Source: Flavobacteriaceae bacterium
Lineage (GTDB): Bacteria; Bacteroidota; Bacteroidia; Flavobacteriales; Flavobacteriaceae
NCBI GenBank assembly: GCA_965660845.1
Contig: CBFIBH010000002.1
Location: forward strand, 290,631-354,630
Length of the DNA stretch: 64,000 nucleotides
Direction: 5' to 3'
A program made the translations under genes and the position numbers. Below, in pieces: positions 1-10,178 of this stretch. The notes under the pieces were generated by a model that was not told the DNA's origin, did no database searches, and saw only the letters and a program-made list of their open reading frames with translations. The first letter of the stretch is position 1. The number at the start of each line of letters is the position of its first letter.

Positions 1-343
1 AGTTGATAGAGATAGACTTTTACGTGCTAAAAACTTTAGAGATTTTGATGAACTTTATACTGCTCCAGTATTTGGATTTGATGGTCCAGAAGATTACTGG
101 TTAAAAGCAAGCTCAAAACCTTTTATATCTAAAATAGAAAAACCTGTATTGTTAATTTCTGCTTTAGACGATCCTTTTTTACCAAAAGATTGTTATCCTT
201 ATGAAGAAGCTGAATCTACAGATAATTTCTTTTTAGAAACACCAAAATATGGTGGTCATGTTGGTTTTATGTCGTCTTTTAAGCATTCTGAAAATAGATG
301 GTTAGAAAGAAGAATCCTAAATTTTATTGTAGAGAACTACTAG
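1..343 (+). CDS. YheT-family alpha/beta hydrolase, 5'-truncated by the window edge
   Basis: Frame open from base 2 (VDRDRLLRAKNFRDFDELYTAPVFGFDGPEDYW...LLISALDDPF...GGHVGF); DDPF and GGHVGF are the acid/His motifs of the family. Confidence 0.85.
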   Translation, partial: VDRDRLLRAKNFRDFDELYTAPVFGFDGPEDYWLKASSKPFISKIEKPVLLISALDDPFLPKDCYPYEEAESTDNFFLETPKYGGHVGFMSSFKHSENRWLERRILNFIVENY

Positions 344-395
344 TAAAAACAATATCTTTTGTTTTTAAAAGTTAATTAAAATATTAGTCAGATAT

Positions 396-1484
396 TTGTC
401 TAAATCTTTGAGTTTGCAGAAAAAGTTATCTCTTTTATTTTTACTATTTGTGTGTATAATGCACTCTCAAACTGTCCGTAATTATTCTAATGAGTTCTTA
501 AACATTGGTGTTGATGCTGCTGCATTAGGAATGAGCAAATCTGTTGTTGCTACAACAAATGATGTAAACGCAACGTATTGGAATCCTGCAGGATTAGTTA
601 ACGTTGAAGATTTTCAAGGTTCTCTAATGTATTCTTCTTATTTCGCAGGAATTGCAAACTATAATTTTGCTGCTATTGCTGCACCTATTGACAAAAAAAG
701 TGCTTGGGGTTTTTCTGTGATTCGTTTTGGTGTTGATGATATTTTGAATACAACACAGCTTATTGACAGTCAGGGAAATATTGATTTTAATAGAGTGAGT
801 TTGTTTTCTGCTGCTGATTACGCTTTTTCATTTTCTTACGCTCGAAATTTGATATTTAAAGATTTATATATTGGAGGAAGTGCAAAAGTTGTAAGAAGAA
901 TTATTGGTGACTTTGCTTCTTCATGGGGTTTTGGTTTTGATGTTGGATTACAATATGAAAGAAATGGCTGGCAATTTGGTTTAATGATTAGAGATATAAC
1001 AACTACTTATAATATTTGGAATATTAATGAAGATGAATTTGCCACTATATCAAATGCTATTCCAGGTCAAAATCAAGAACTACCAGAAACTACAGAAATT
1101 ACTAAGCCTAAAATTCAATATGGAATGGCTAAAAGATTTAGAGTAGGTCGTTTTATGCATTTATTAACTGAATTTGATGTGAATCTTAGATTTGCCAAAA
1201 CCAACGATTTAATAAGTACTAGCTTTGGAAGTATTAATCCAACATTTGGGTTTCAACTAGACTATGACAACCTTGTTTTTTTAAGAGGTGGAGTTGGAAA
1301 TATGCAAAGAATTACTGAGTTTGATGGAAGTAAATCATTAACAATCCAGCCAAATTTTGGACTAGGTTTTAAATACAAAGGAATTCAAATAGATTATGCA
1401 TTGTCTAATATTGGTAGTTTAGGAAATGCATTATTTTCTAATATTTTTTCTATTAAATTTGACTATAGTTTTTTTAGAAGGTAA
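396..1484 (+). CDS. PorV/PorQ-family outer-membrane beta-barrel protein (T9SS-associated family)
   Basis: Signal peptide, NYSNEFLNIGVDAAALGM and ATYWNPAGL motifs, alternating beta-strand pattern, aromatic C-terminus; start codon uncertain. Confidence 0.75.
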   Translation: MSKSLSLQKKLSLLFLLFVCIMHSQTVRNYSNEFLNIGVDAAALGMSKSVVATTNDVNATYWNPAGLVNVEDFQGSLMYSSYFAGIANYNFAAIAAPIDKKSAWGFSVIRFGVDDILNTTQLIDSQGNIDFNRVSLFSAADYAFSFSYARNLIFKDLYIGGSAKVVRRIIGDFASSWGFGFDVGLQYERNGWQFGLMIRDITTTYNIWNINEDEFATISNAIPGQNQELPETTEITKPKIQYGMAKRFRVGRFMHLLTEFDVNLRFAKTNDLISTSFGSINPTFGFQLDYDNLVFLRGGVGNMQRITEFDGSKSLTIQPNFGLGFKYKGIQIDYALSNIGSLGNALFSNIFSIKFDYSFFRR

Positions 1485-2648
1485 ATGAAAAAAATATTCC
1501 TATTTATACTTTTATCAGTAAGTGTTCAAACTTTTTCTCAATCCGTACAACTTTCAGTATATTCAGAAGTAAGCATATTAACTGTTGGACCTGGAGATCA
1601 ATTGTTCACGGCTTTCGGCCACACTGCAATTCGCATTAAAGATCCTTTGTTGCGTTTTGATTATGTATATAATTATGGAATGTTTGATTTTAATCAGCCT
1701 AATTTTTACCTCAATTTTGCCAAAGGAAAATTACTTTATAGTTTAGGCGCTTATCCCTACAAGAATTTTGTTACTCAAAACAACTACGAAAAGCGTTGGT
1801 TAAAAGAACAAGTTCTTGAGTTAAATCAACTCCAAAAACAAGAATTATTTGAGTATTTGAATATTAATTTAAAGCCTCAAAATAAAGATTATTTATACGA
1901 TCCTTTTTATAATAATTGCAGTACAAAAGCTTTAGAAGTAGTTTTAAATCTTTCAGATAGTATCTCAACAAATACTGAATTTATTGATAAAAAAAAATCT
2001 ATCCGTACTTTAATGAATGAAGAATTACAACAAAATAACTGGGGTAGTTTGGGTATTAATATAGCTCTTGGAAGTAAAATAGATACAAATACAGACGTGA
2101 AAGATTATATGTATCTACCAAAGTTTGTATATCTAAACTTAAAAAATACTTCTGTAACTATAAATGGAAAAGAAAAACCTTTTGTAAAAACTGAAATAAA
2201 TGTATTAGATTTTGAAGAAATTGAAATCTCTACACCAATACTAAACCCTCTTTTACTTTTTGCTTTACTTTTTGTACTAGGGTCATGGATTTCTTATAAA
2301 GATTTCAAAAGAAAAAAAATAACTAAAGCTTTTGATCTTATCCTTTTTAGTTTAATTGGAATTTCTGGACTTGGAATTGTTTATTTATCCTTTTTTTCAA
2401 ACCATTCTACCACACCTGCTAACTTAAATATTCTGTGGTGTTCTCCTCTTTCAATTTTGGTGCTATTTATCTACAAGAAGAAAAAATTTACTTTATTAAT
2501 ATTGAAGATTTTGACGATTTTATTGTTATTAGTACCTGTTTCAGAGCTTACAAGAATTCAGAATTTTAATTATACAATTTACCCTTTACTTTTATTATTA
2601 GCTATTAGATATCTAACAAATATTCAATTATTGTCCTCTAAAAAGTAA
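1485..2648 (+). CDS. DUF4105-domain membrane protein (Lnb-like lipoprotein N-acyltransferase)
   Basis: FGHTAIR, YNYGMFDF and YDPFYNNCST motifs in a periplasmic domain followed by about 4-5 C-terminal TM helices. Confidence 0.75.
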   Translation: MKKIFLFILLSVSVQTFSQSVQLSVYSEVSILTVGPGDQLFTAFGHTAIRIKDPLLRFDYVYNYGMFDFNQPNFYLNFAKGKLLYSLGAYPYKNFVTQNNYEKRWLKEQVLELNQLQKQELFEYLNINLKPQNKDYLYDPFYNNCSTKALEVVLNLSDSISTNTEFIDKKKSIRTLMNEELQQNNWGSLGINIALGSKIDTNTDVKDYMYLPKFVYLNLKNTSVTINGKEKPFVKTEINVLDFEEIEISTPILNPLLLFALLFVLGSWISYKDFKRKKITKAFDLILFSLIGISGLGIVYLSFFSNHSTTPANLNILWCSPLSILVLFIYKKKKFTLLILKILTILLLLVPVSELTRIQNFNYTIYPLLLLLAIRYLTNIQLLSSKK

Positions 2649-2749
2649 AACAGTAGTAATTGTTTTAATAATGATTTTAAAGTCTAAAAATGGGCTTTGT
2701 TGATAAAGCCAATAAAAGGTTAATTTTCTTAGCTAAGAAAAGTAGTTTA

Positions 2750-3016
2750 CTAGATTTCATTTAGTTTATAAAATTTTAAAATAGCTTTAATTGCATTATG
2801 CTGACCAAAGTTTCTACTTAATTTTAAACCTTTTACAAAGGTGTTTTTATCACATTGTTTTAAAATTTCTTGCCAAGAATCATCTGTGCTACAATCATCA
2901 ACTAAAATAATTTCAAACTCTTTAGTAAGTTCTTTTAACGCTGCAGAAGTTTGTTCAACTAACGTAGAAACCATCTTCTCTGCCATGTATACAGGACTCA
3001 CAACAGATATTCTCAT
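2750..3016 (-). pseudogene. Truncated family-2 glycosyltransferase (N-terminal 88 aa only)
   Basis: ISVVSPVY..EIILVDDCSTD..LSRNFGQHNAIKA, then family similarity is lost and a stop follows; no DxD motif or C-terminal half. Confidence 0.8.
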
Positions 3017-3717
3017 AGTTTACTGAATTTTAAGAATTTAAATGAATCTTTACCTTCATTAAATAATAAATCTAATATAGTAACTCCATGCTCAAAATCA
3101 CCATGTAACTGATTGTATTCTAAATAACCTGAGTAATCATAATAATTTACAGTAATTCTTTCTTTCGCAAAAGCTGAATCGTCCATGTAGTTTTTGGCAG
3201 CTGGACTAGTGAAATACTCTGTTGCATTAGTCTGTTTACAAATAGCAACTAACTTTTCAGTCGCATCCCCATTGATAAGTTCATAATCAGATGAAAAGGT
3301 GATTTTTGTTTTAATATTTAAAAAAGAACAGATGCTCTTTATAAAAAAAGCATTGATTTCTGAAATTGTAAAAAGGTTTTCAACTTCGCAATAAAGATCT
3401 TTAATAAAAGGAAATACTTCTTTGTAGAGTGGAGCTTTAGAATAACTGTTTTTTAAAACTTCTAAATGATTCAAATTCCATTTTGGATCAGAGATTTTTG
3501 TATCTTTTATTTTCTGGTGAAATTTACCTTTTACATCAACAGGAACAGACAACCATTTTAATCCGTTTGCAGTTTTAATTTTATTTCTATTTCTACAATC
3601 TCTTTTTGTATACTGCATGTCATCATAAAGAACAAACTCGTCAACGAATGTAATATTATCAAAATACCCTTTCCAAGGAATGTAATTTGATTGTGATATT
3701 GCTACTCGTTTAGACAA
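3013..3717 (-). CDS. WbqC-family protein (O-antigen/LPS-associated); probable TTG start at 3717 or 3726
   Basis: VAISQSNYIPWKGYFD, RNRNKIKT, WLSVPV and TILDLLFNEG motifs; overlaps the GT2 fragment by 4 nt. Confidence 0.85.
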   Translation of the reverse strand: MSKRVAISQSNYIPWKGYFDNITFVDEFVLYDDMQYTKRDCRNRNKIKTANGLKWLSVPVDVKGKFHQKIKDTKISDPKWNLNHLEVLKNSYSKAPLYKEVFPFIKDLYCEVENLFTISEINAFFIKSICSFLNIKTKITFSSDYELINGDATEKLVAICKQTNATEYFTSPAAKNYMDDSAFAKERITVNYYDYSGYLEYNQLHGDFEHGVTILDLLFNEGKDSFKFLKFSKL

Positions 3718-3825
3718 TTCTTTCAAGATTCTTGTTATTGTCTTAATATAAAAGAATTTGATAAAGTTGAACATTTTGAATCGAGTTTAATATCAACTAC
3801 TTTTACATCAATCAATCAATTTAAA

Positions 3826-5520
3826 ATGAAGCAACAAATCATTGAATGTGTACCTAATATTAGTGAGGGTTCAGACATTTTTAAAATTAATGAAATAGCA
3901 AATACTGTCAAACAAATTGAAGGTGTACAATTACTAGATATAGATCCTGGAAAAGCAACCAACAGAACCGTAATTACATTTGTTGGAGAACCCAATAAAG
4001 TAATTGATGCTGCTTTTTTATTAATAAAAAAAGCATCTGAATTGATTGACATGAGCAAACATTCTGGAGAGCATCCTAGATTTGGTGCCACAGATGTTTG
4101 TCCATTAATTCCAATTGCTAATATTTCTATGAATGAAGTTGTTGTGTATGCACACAAACTCGGTGAAAGAATTGGAAACGAATTGGGAATTTCTGGTTAC
4201 TTCTATGAAAACGCTGCCACTAAAAAAGATCGTAAAAACCTTGCAACTGTAAGAGCTGGTGAATATGAAGGATTAAAAAAGAAATTTTCTGATGCGAATT
4301 GGCAACCTGATTTTGGACCTAAAAATTATACTGAACAAGTAAAAAAATCTGGAGTAATAGCGATTTCTGCTAGAGATTTTTTAATTGCTTATAATATAAA
4401 TCTCAACACTACTTCTACTCGACGTGCCAATGCAATTGCTTTCGATATTCGAGAAGCTGGAAGAATAAAAAGAGAAGGAAATCCTATTATTGGTAAAAAA
4501 GTTTTGGATGAAAAAGGTGAACCTGTTCGAATTCCAGGAAAACTAAAAGCTGTTAAAGGTATTGGTTGGTATATAGAAGAATATGGTATAGCTCAAATTT
4601 CCTATAATTTAACTAACATTTCTATTACTTCAATGCATCAAGCTTTTGATGAAACAGTTGTTGCTGCTAATAAAAGAGGATTAAGAGTGACTGGTTCTGA
4701 ATTGGTTGGATTAGTCCCATTGAAAGCTATGTTAAATGCTGCTGATTATTTCTTGATGAAACAGCAACGATCACTTGGGATTAATGAAACTGAAAAGATA
4801 AAAATAGCCATTAAATCTCTTGGTTTGGACGATTTAAAACCTTTCAATCCAAAAGAAAGAATTATTGAATATGTAATGAATACTAATAGCAGCCAAAAAC
4901 TTATTGATTTTACAATTAAAGATTTTGCAGAAGAAACAGCCTCAGAATCTATGGCTCCAGGAGGTGGTTCTATCGCAGCATATGTTGGAGTACTTGGAGT
5001 TTCACTGGGCACAATGGTTGCAAATTTATCGGCTCATAAACCAGGTTGGGATGATCAATGGGAATATTATTCTGAATGGGCGCAAAAAGGTCAGAAATAT
5101 AAAAATGAATTATTGTTTTTAGTAGATGAAGACACAAATGCTTTTAATAAAATTATTGCTGGTTTTAGAATGCCAAAAACTACTGATAAGGAAATAGCTT
5201 CTAGAAAAGAAGCGATTGAAGAAGCAACAAAATATGCAACTGAAATTCCTTTTAAAGTTATGAAAACCGCTTTTGCCTCTATGGAAATAATGAAAGAAAT
5301 GGCTGAAAAAGGATTACAAAATTCCTTATCTGACGCTGGAGTTGGAGCATTGTGTGCTAGAACAGCTGTTATAGGAGCTTATTTCAACGTTAGAATCAAT
5401 GCTAAAGACATAAAAGATGTAACTTTTGCTAAAGAAATTTTATCAAATGCAGAAGAAGTGTATCAACAAACAGTTGCCTTAGAAAAAAAGATCATCAATT
5501 TTATTGACACTAAAATTTAA
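3826..5520 (+). CDS. ftcD: Bifunctional glutamate formimidoyltransferase / formimidoyl-THF cyclodeaminase
   Basis: IIECVPNISEG, TNRTVITF and HPRFGATDVCPLIP N-domain; SMAPGGGSIAA cyclodeaminase C-domain. Confidence 0.93.
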   Translation: MKQQIIECVPNISEGSDIFKINEIANTVKQIEGVQLLDIDPGKATNRTVITFVGEPNKVIDAAFLLIKKASELIDMSKHSGEHPRFGATDVCPLIPIANISMNEVVVYAHKLGERIGNELGISGYFYENAATKKDRKNLATVRAGEYEGLKKKFSDANWQPDFGPKNYTEQVKKSGVIAISARDFLIAYNINLNTTSTRRANAIAFDIREAGRIKREGNPIIGKKVLDEKGEPVRIPGKLKAVKGIGWYIEEYGIAQISYNLTNISITSMHQAFDETVVAANKRGLRVTGSELVGLVPLKAMLNAADYFLMKQQRSLGINETEKIKIAIKSLGLDDLKPFNPKERIIEYVMNTNSSQKLIDFTIKDFAEETASESMAPGGGSIAAYVGVLGVSLGTMVANLSAHKPGWDDQWEYYSEWAQKGQKYKNELLFLVDEDTNAFNKIIAGFRMPKTTDKEIASRKEAIEEATKYATEIPFKVMKTAFASMEIMKEMAEKGLQNSLSDAGVGALCARTAVIGAYFNVRINAKDIKDVTFAKEILSNAEEVYQQTVALEKKIINFIDTKI

Positions 5521-5987
5521 TGATTCTTTCAAAACTAAAAATCATTCCTTTTTCACCAAGTTACTCAACAGAATTTAGAGATTTAAATACTGAATGGTTA
5601 GAAAAGTATTTTTATTTAGAACCTTATGATAAAGTGGTTTTGGGAAATCCTCAAACATATATCATTGATAAAGGAGGTTATATATTTTTTGCAAAATTGA
5701 ATGAGCAAATCGTCGGAACCTTTGCCTTGATGAAACAAAAAGAATGTTTTGAATTAAGTAAAATGGCTGTTTCTCCTAAATTTCAAGGATACAAAATTGG
5801 ACAAAAACTATTGGATACATGTATTGCTTTCTCAAAAGAACAAGGTTGGAAGAAAATCATGCTGTATTCTAATACAAAACTAGAGTCAGCAATTTATTTA
5901 TACAGAAAGTATGGCTTTGAAGAAGTTCCGTTAGAGGCTGATGTTAATTACCAAAGAGCAGATATAAAAATGATGTTGAAACTATAG
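5520..5987 (+). CDS. GNAT-family N-acetyltransferase
   Basis: ELSKMAVSPKFQGYKIGQKL acetyl-CoA motif, LYRKYGF. Confidence 0.88.
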   Translation: MILSKLKIIPFSPSYSTEFRDLNTEWLEKYFYLEPYDKVVLGNPQTYIIDKGGYIFFAKLNEQIVGTFALMKQKECFELSKMAVSPKFQGYKIGQKLLDTCIAFSKEQGWKKIMLYSNTKLESAIYLYRKYGFEEVPLEADVNYQRADIKMMLKL

Positions 5988-6395
5988 AAAACTTTCTAAA
6001 GCTAATTCATAACCTTTCAATCCAAAACCAAAAATAACACCTTTTGCATTTGCAGCTATAAAGCTAGTGTGTCTAAAATCTTCTCTTGAGTGTACATTGG
6101 AGATATGCACTTCTACTACTGGAGTTTGAATAGCTTTCACAGCATCACCAATACCAACAGAAGTATGCGTGTAGGCTGCGGCATTTATAATAATACCATC
6201 ATAATCAAAACCAACTTCATGTAGTTTGTCAATGATTTCTCCTTCAATATTCGATTGATAATAAGATAAATCAATCGATGAAAATTTTGTTTTTAACTCT
6301 AAAAAATAATCTTCAAATGAGTTAGAACCATATACTTCTGGTTCTCTTTTACCTAATAAGTTAAGGTTTGGGCCGTTAATTATGATCATTTTCAT
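5982..6395 (-). CDS. aroQ: Type II 3-dehydroquinate dehydratase
   Basis: INGPNLNLLGKREPEVYG, QSNIEG, INAAAYTHTS, EVHISN. Confidence 0.97.
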   Translation of the reverse strand: MKMIIINGPNLNLLGKREPEVYGSNSFEDYFLELKTKFSSIDLSYYQSNIEGEIIDKLHEVGFDYDGIIINAAAYTHTSVGIGDAVKAIQTPVVEVHISNVHSREDFRHTSFIAANAKGVIFGFGLKGYELALESFL

Positions 6396-6420
6396 AAAAC
6401 AAATTTACAATTTATTGGAT

Positions 6421-6448
6421 AAAAAAACCGAGACTTACGTCTCGGTTT
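6421..6448 (-). terminator. Intrinsic terminator after the porin-family gene
   Basis: AAACCGAGAC-ttac-GTCTCGGTTT 10-bp stem with a U-tract on the minus strand. Confidence 0.8.
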
Positions 6449-6468
6449 GTAATATTTTTATCTCCTAA

Positions 6469-6987
6469 TTAAAACCTAAATCCTAATCCTACAGACAAAG
6501 TATTTACTTTAGCTTCTATAGTGTCATCTTTACTATGGTCATTCAATTGAAGTCCATATCTAGCTTGTAAAAACAAAGAGTCACTAAAGTCATAAGATGC
6601 TCCTAAAGCAAATTGTAAGTTCAATGAAGTAAAATCGTCTCCAAGTAATACATCTAATTGATCATCTAAATCTCCACTTGCAAATCCAAATTGAGGTCCA
6701 GCTAAAAGACTAAATCCTTCAGCAACATTTAATTTTGCTAAAGCATTGACACTAAACAAATTATAGCTAAAGTCTTCAATTGTAGAACCAGTGTAAGATA
6801 CTTCTGGTTGAATACTAAATGTATCAGATATACCTAAGTCTACAAAGGCACCGATATTAAATCCAGATCCACTTTCTCCATCAACAATAGCGTTGTTAAC
6901 ATAATTAGCAGAAACTCCAAAACCTGATTGTGCATTAGAAGTAAAAGAAAATGCAACTAATGTTAACACTAAAAATAATTTTTTCAT
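6469..6987 (-). CDS. Outer-membrane beta-barrel (porin/PorT-like) protein
   Basis: Signal peptide, SIQPEVSY, LLAGPQFG, C-terminal LGFRF. Confidence 0.82.
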   Translation of the reverse strand: MKKLFLVLTLVAFSFTSNAQSGFGVSANYVNNAIVDGESGSGFNIGAFVDLGISDTFSIQPEVSYTGSTIEDFSYNLFSVNALAKLNVAEGFSLLAGPQFGFASGDLDDQLDVLLGDDFTSLNLQFALGASYDFSDSLFLQARYGLQLNDHSKDDTIEAKVNTLSVGLGFRF

Positions 6988-7132
6988 GATAAATTGTTTT
7001 AATTGTTCAGTACAATTAGTAAAATTTTAATAAATCAAAAGAATATTTGATTAAAAACAAGATTTTAAATAGTTCACTTTAATACCACTATTTAGTATTG
7101 TTTGTTATTTTAGATAAATTTTTATCAAATAA

Positions 7133-8029
7133 ATGAACTGGATTAACTCTATTAGAGACTATACATTATTTTTGAAAATAGAAAGAGGCTTGTCTAAAAA
7201 TACTATAGAAAATTACTCTAGAGATATTTTAAAACTATCTAACTTTTTAAACGAAAATGATATTAATGTGTCTCCTTTAAAGATTGAAAAGAATCATATT
7301 CAAGAATTTATTTATCAAATAGCAAAAGAATCGAGTCCAAGAACACAAGCTAGAACTATAAGTTCTCTTCGTTCTTTTTTTGATTACTTAATCTTTGAAG
7401 ATTATAGAAAAACAAACCCTACAGACTTAATAGAATCTCCTAAATTAGGTTTAAAACTACCCGATACATTATCAGAAGAAGATATAAACAATTTAATAGC
7501 TTCGATTGATTTAAGTTTACCTCAAGGAGAGAGAAACAGAGCTATATTAGAAACTATTTACAGTTGTGGTTTAAGAGTGAGTGAATTGATTAATCTTAGA
7601 ATTTCTGATTTATTCTTTAATGAAGGATACATAAGAGTTTTAGGAAAAGGCAATAAACAAAGATTTGTTCCTATACATAAACAAGCACAAAAGTATATTC
7701 ATTTTTACTTAAATCATATTCGAAATCATGTAAAACCACAAAAAGATTTTGAAGACATTGTGTTTTTAAATAGGCGAGGGAAAAATTTATCTAGACAAAT
7801 GATTTTTATGATTTTAAAAGATTTAGCAATAAAAATAGATTTGAAAAAGAAAATAAGTCCGCATACTTTAAGACATTCTTTTGCTACACATCTATTAAAA
7901 CGTGGAGCGGATTTGAGAGCCATTCAACAAATGTTAGGTCATGAAAGTATTACTACCACAGAGATTTATGTGCACTTAGATAGAAACTACTTAAAGAAAG
8001 TAGTTGAGAAATATCATCCTAGAAAATAA
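7133..8029 (+). CDS. xerD: Site-specific tyrosine recombinase XerD
   Basis: ERGLSKNTIENY, YSCGLRVSEL, GKGNKQRFVP, SPHTLRHSFATHLL, LGHESITTTEIY. Confidence 0.9.
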   Translation: MNWINSIRDYTLFLKIERGLSKNTIENYSRDILKLSNFLNENDINVSPLKIEKNHIQEFIYQIAKESSPRTQARTISSLRSFFDYLIFEDYRKTNPTDLIESPKLGLKLPDTLSEEDINNLIASIDLSLPQGERNRAILETIYSCGLRVSELINLRISDLFFNEGYIRVLGKGNKQRFVPIHKQAQKYIHFYLNHIRNHVKPQKDFEDIVFLNRRGKNLSRQMIFMILKDLAIKIDLKKKISPHTLRHSFATHLLKRGADLRAIQQMLGHESITTTEIYVHLDRNYLKKVVEKYHPRK

Positions 8030-8077
8030 AAAATATCGCAAAAGCGAGATTTTTTATTCTATATGATTTATTGATTT

Positions 8078-9646
8078 TTATCTAGCAACATTTACAGCTC
8101 TAGTTTCTCTTATTACTGTAACTTTAACTTGTCCAGGATAGGTCATATCATTTTGTATTTTTTGAGAAATGTTATACGATAATTCTGATGCTTTAGAATC
8201 ATTTACTTTCTCGCTTTCTACCATAACACGTAATTCTCTTCCTGCTTGAATTGCATAGGCTTTCTGAACTCCACTAAATCCAAAGGCTATATCTTCTAAA
8301 TCCTTTAAACGTTGAATGTAAGAATCTAACACTTGACGTCTTGCACCTGGTCTTGCACCAGAGATTGCATCACAAACTTGGACTATTGGGGCAATCATAC
8401 TTTTCATTTCAATTTCATCGTGGTGAGCTCCAATTGCATTACAGACATCCTTTTTCTCTCCATATTTTTCTGCCCATTGCATTCCTAAAATTGCGTGTGG
8501 TAACTCACTTTCTTCTTCAGGAACTTTTCCAATATCGTGTAACAATCCAGCTCTTTTGGCAAGTTTTGCATTTAGACCTAATTCAGAGGCCATAATTCCA
8601 CATAAATTGGCAACTTCTCTAGAGTGTTGTAATAAGTTTTGTCCATAAGAAGAACGATACTTCATTCGTCCTATTACCTTTATTAATTCTGGATGCAAAC
8701 CATTAATCCCTAAGTCAATTACAGTTCTTTTTCCAACTTCTATAATCTCTTGATGAATTTGTTTTTCTGTTTTCTTAACAACTTCTTCAATTCTTGCAGG
8801 GTGAATTCTCCCGTCTGTTACTAATTTGTGCATCGACAAACGAGCAACTTCTCTTCTTACAGGATCAAAGCAAGAAAGGATGATAGCCTCTGGTGTATCA
8901 TCTACAATAATCTCTACACCTGTTGCAGATTCTAATGCTCTAATATTACGACCTTCTCTACCAATAATTCTACCTTTGACATCATCTGATTCTAAGTTAA
9001 AAACAGACACACAATTTTCAACAGCTTGTTCTACTCCAACTCTTTGTATTGTGTTTAAAACTACTTTTCTGGCTTCTTGTTCTGCGGTTAATTTTGATTC
9101 TTCAATCGTATCTTGAATAAAAGCCATTGCATCAGATTTTGCTTCTTCTTTTAAAGAGCTAACTAATTCTTTCTTGGCATCATCGACCGATAAGCCTGAA
9201 ATTTGTTCTAGCATATCCACATGACGTTTATGCATTTTCTCTAGCTCATTTTCCTTTTTTTCTAGAAATTCAAGTTTGTATTCTACTTCGCTTTCTTTCT
9301 TTTCTAGGTTTTTATTAAGCTGTTTGCTTTTATCCAATTCAGATTGAATCTGAGATTCTTTTTCTTTGGCTCTTTTTTCTACATCACCTAATTTCTTTTC
9401 TCTGTTTAAAATGACTTTTTCATGTTCAGCTTTTAGTTCTATGAACTTTTCTTTAGCCTGCAATATCTTGTCTTTTTTAAGTGCCTCTGCTTCTACTCTA
9501 GCTTCCTTCAGCATTGAATCAGCTTCTTTTTGAGTTTGGTTGAGCAGCTTTTTCCCCTTAGATTTTTCTATCGACTTGGCAATGATAAAACCAATGACAA
9601 GTCCTCCGATAACTCCCAATAAAATGGGAAGTATTAATTCATTCAT
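8078..9646 (-). CDS. rny: Ribonuclease Y
   Basis: N-terminal TM helix, coiled coil, KH domain ([16 protein letters not shown]), HD domain (LLHDIGK). Confidence 0.97.
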   Translation of the reverse strand: MNELILPILLGVIGGLVIGFIIAKSIEKSKGKKLLNQTQKEADSMLKEARVEAEALKKDKILQAKEKFIELKAEHEKVILNREKKLGDVEKRAKEKESQIQSELDKSKQLNKNLEKKESEVEYKLEFLEKKENELEKMHKRHVDMLEQISGLSVDDAKKELVSSLKEEAKSDAMAFIQDTIEESKLTAEQEARKVVLNTIQRVGVEQAVENCVSVFNLESDDVKGRIIGREGRNIRALESATGVEIIVDDTPEAIILSCFDPVRREVARLSMHKLVTDGRIHPARIEEVVKKTEKQIHQEIIEVGKRTVIDLGINGLHPELIKVIGRMKYRSSYGQNLLQHSREVANLCGIMASELGLNAKLAKRAGLLHDIGKVPEEESELPHAILGMQWAEKYGEKKDVCNAIGAHHDEIEMKSMIAPIVQVCDAISGARPGARRQVLDSYIQRLKDLEDIAFGFSGVQKAYAIQAGRELRVMVESEKVNDSKASELSYNISQKIQNDMTYPGQVKVTVIRETRAVNVAR

Positions 9647-9676
9647 AATTTTGATTTGTGTATATATATAAAAAAA

Positions 9677-9851
9677 GCCTACATCAGCAGGTTTATATAA
9701 ACTCCATTATGACAAGTTTAGGATTAACTAGCTGATCAAGGATCCTCTGAAATAATGAAATACTTCAATATTTAAGGCTTGCTTTAGCAACTAAGACTCA
9801 TCCTTCATAATAGATTCGTGTTGAGTTTATCAAACAAATGCTAATGTAGGC
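9677..9851 (-). ncRNA. ssrS: 6S RNA (6S-Flavo type)
   Basis: Between zapA and rny; on the minus strand 5' GCCTACATTAGC pairs with 3' GCTGATGTAGGC and GTTTGATAAACTC with GAGTTTATATAAAC, giving a ~175-nt rod-like fold. Confidence 0.85.
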
Positions 9852-9881
9852 AGTAACTTACGTTTTACTATGTTAATGAAC

Positions 9882-10172
9882 TTATTCTAAATGAGTTGAC
9901 ACTTTTTCTGTTAACTCTTTTAATCTTTCTAATGCTTTTTCGTTAGAGTAATCTTCTGTTATTTCTTTTAACTCAGATTTAGCGGCAAACTGTAATGCAC
10001 ACATGGCTAATACATCTTGCTTGTCATTTACTGCATAACTCTGCTCATATTTTGCTATTAAAGCATTAATATTTGCTGCAGCTTTTCTCATTGCTTCTTC
10101 TTCTATTGTATCCTTAACACTCAGTGGATACGTTCTACCTCCTATAACAAGATTTATCTTTAGTTTACTCAT
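9882..10172 (-). CDS. zapA: Cell division protein ZapA
   Basis: IGGRTYPL, MRKAAANIN, DKQDVLAMCALQFA. Confidence 0.92.
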   Translation of the reverse strand: MSKLKINLVIGGRTYPLSVKDTIEEEAMRKAAANINALIAKYEQSYAVNDKQDVLAMCALQFAAKSELKEITEDYSNEKALERLKELTEKVSTHLE

Positions 10173-10178
10173 TAAATG

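Noticed and set aside
2724-2741. Perfect 18-bp palindrome TTTTCTTAGCTAAGAAAA near the GT2 truncation
   Set aside because: Single AT-rich copy, no associated regulator or transposase; at most part of a terminator
7133-8029. Tyrosine recombinase as a sign of a mobile element
   Set aside because: Housekeeping XerD-type sequence among core genes; no att repeats or cargo
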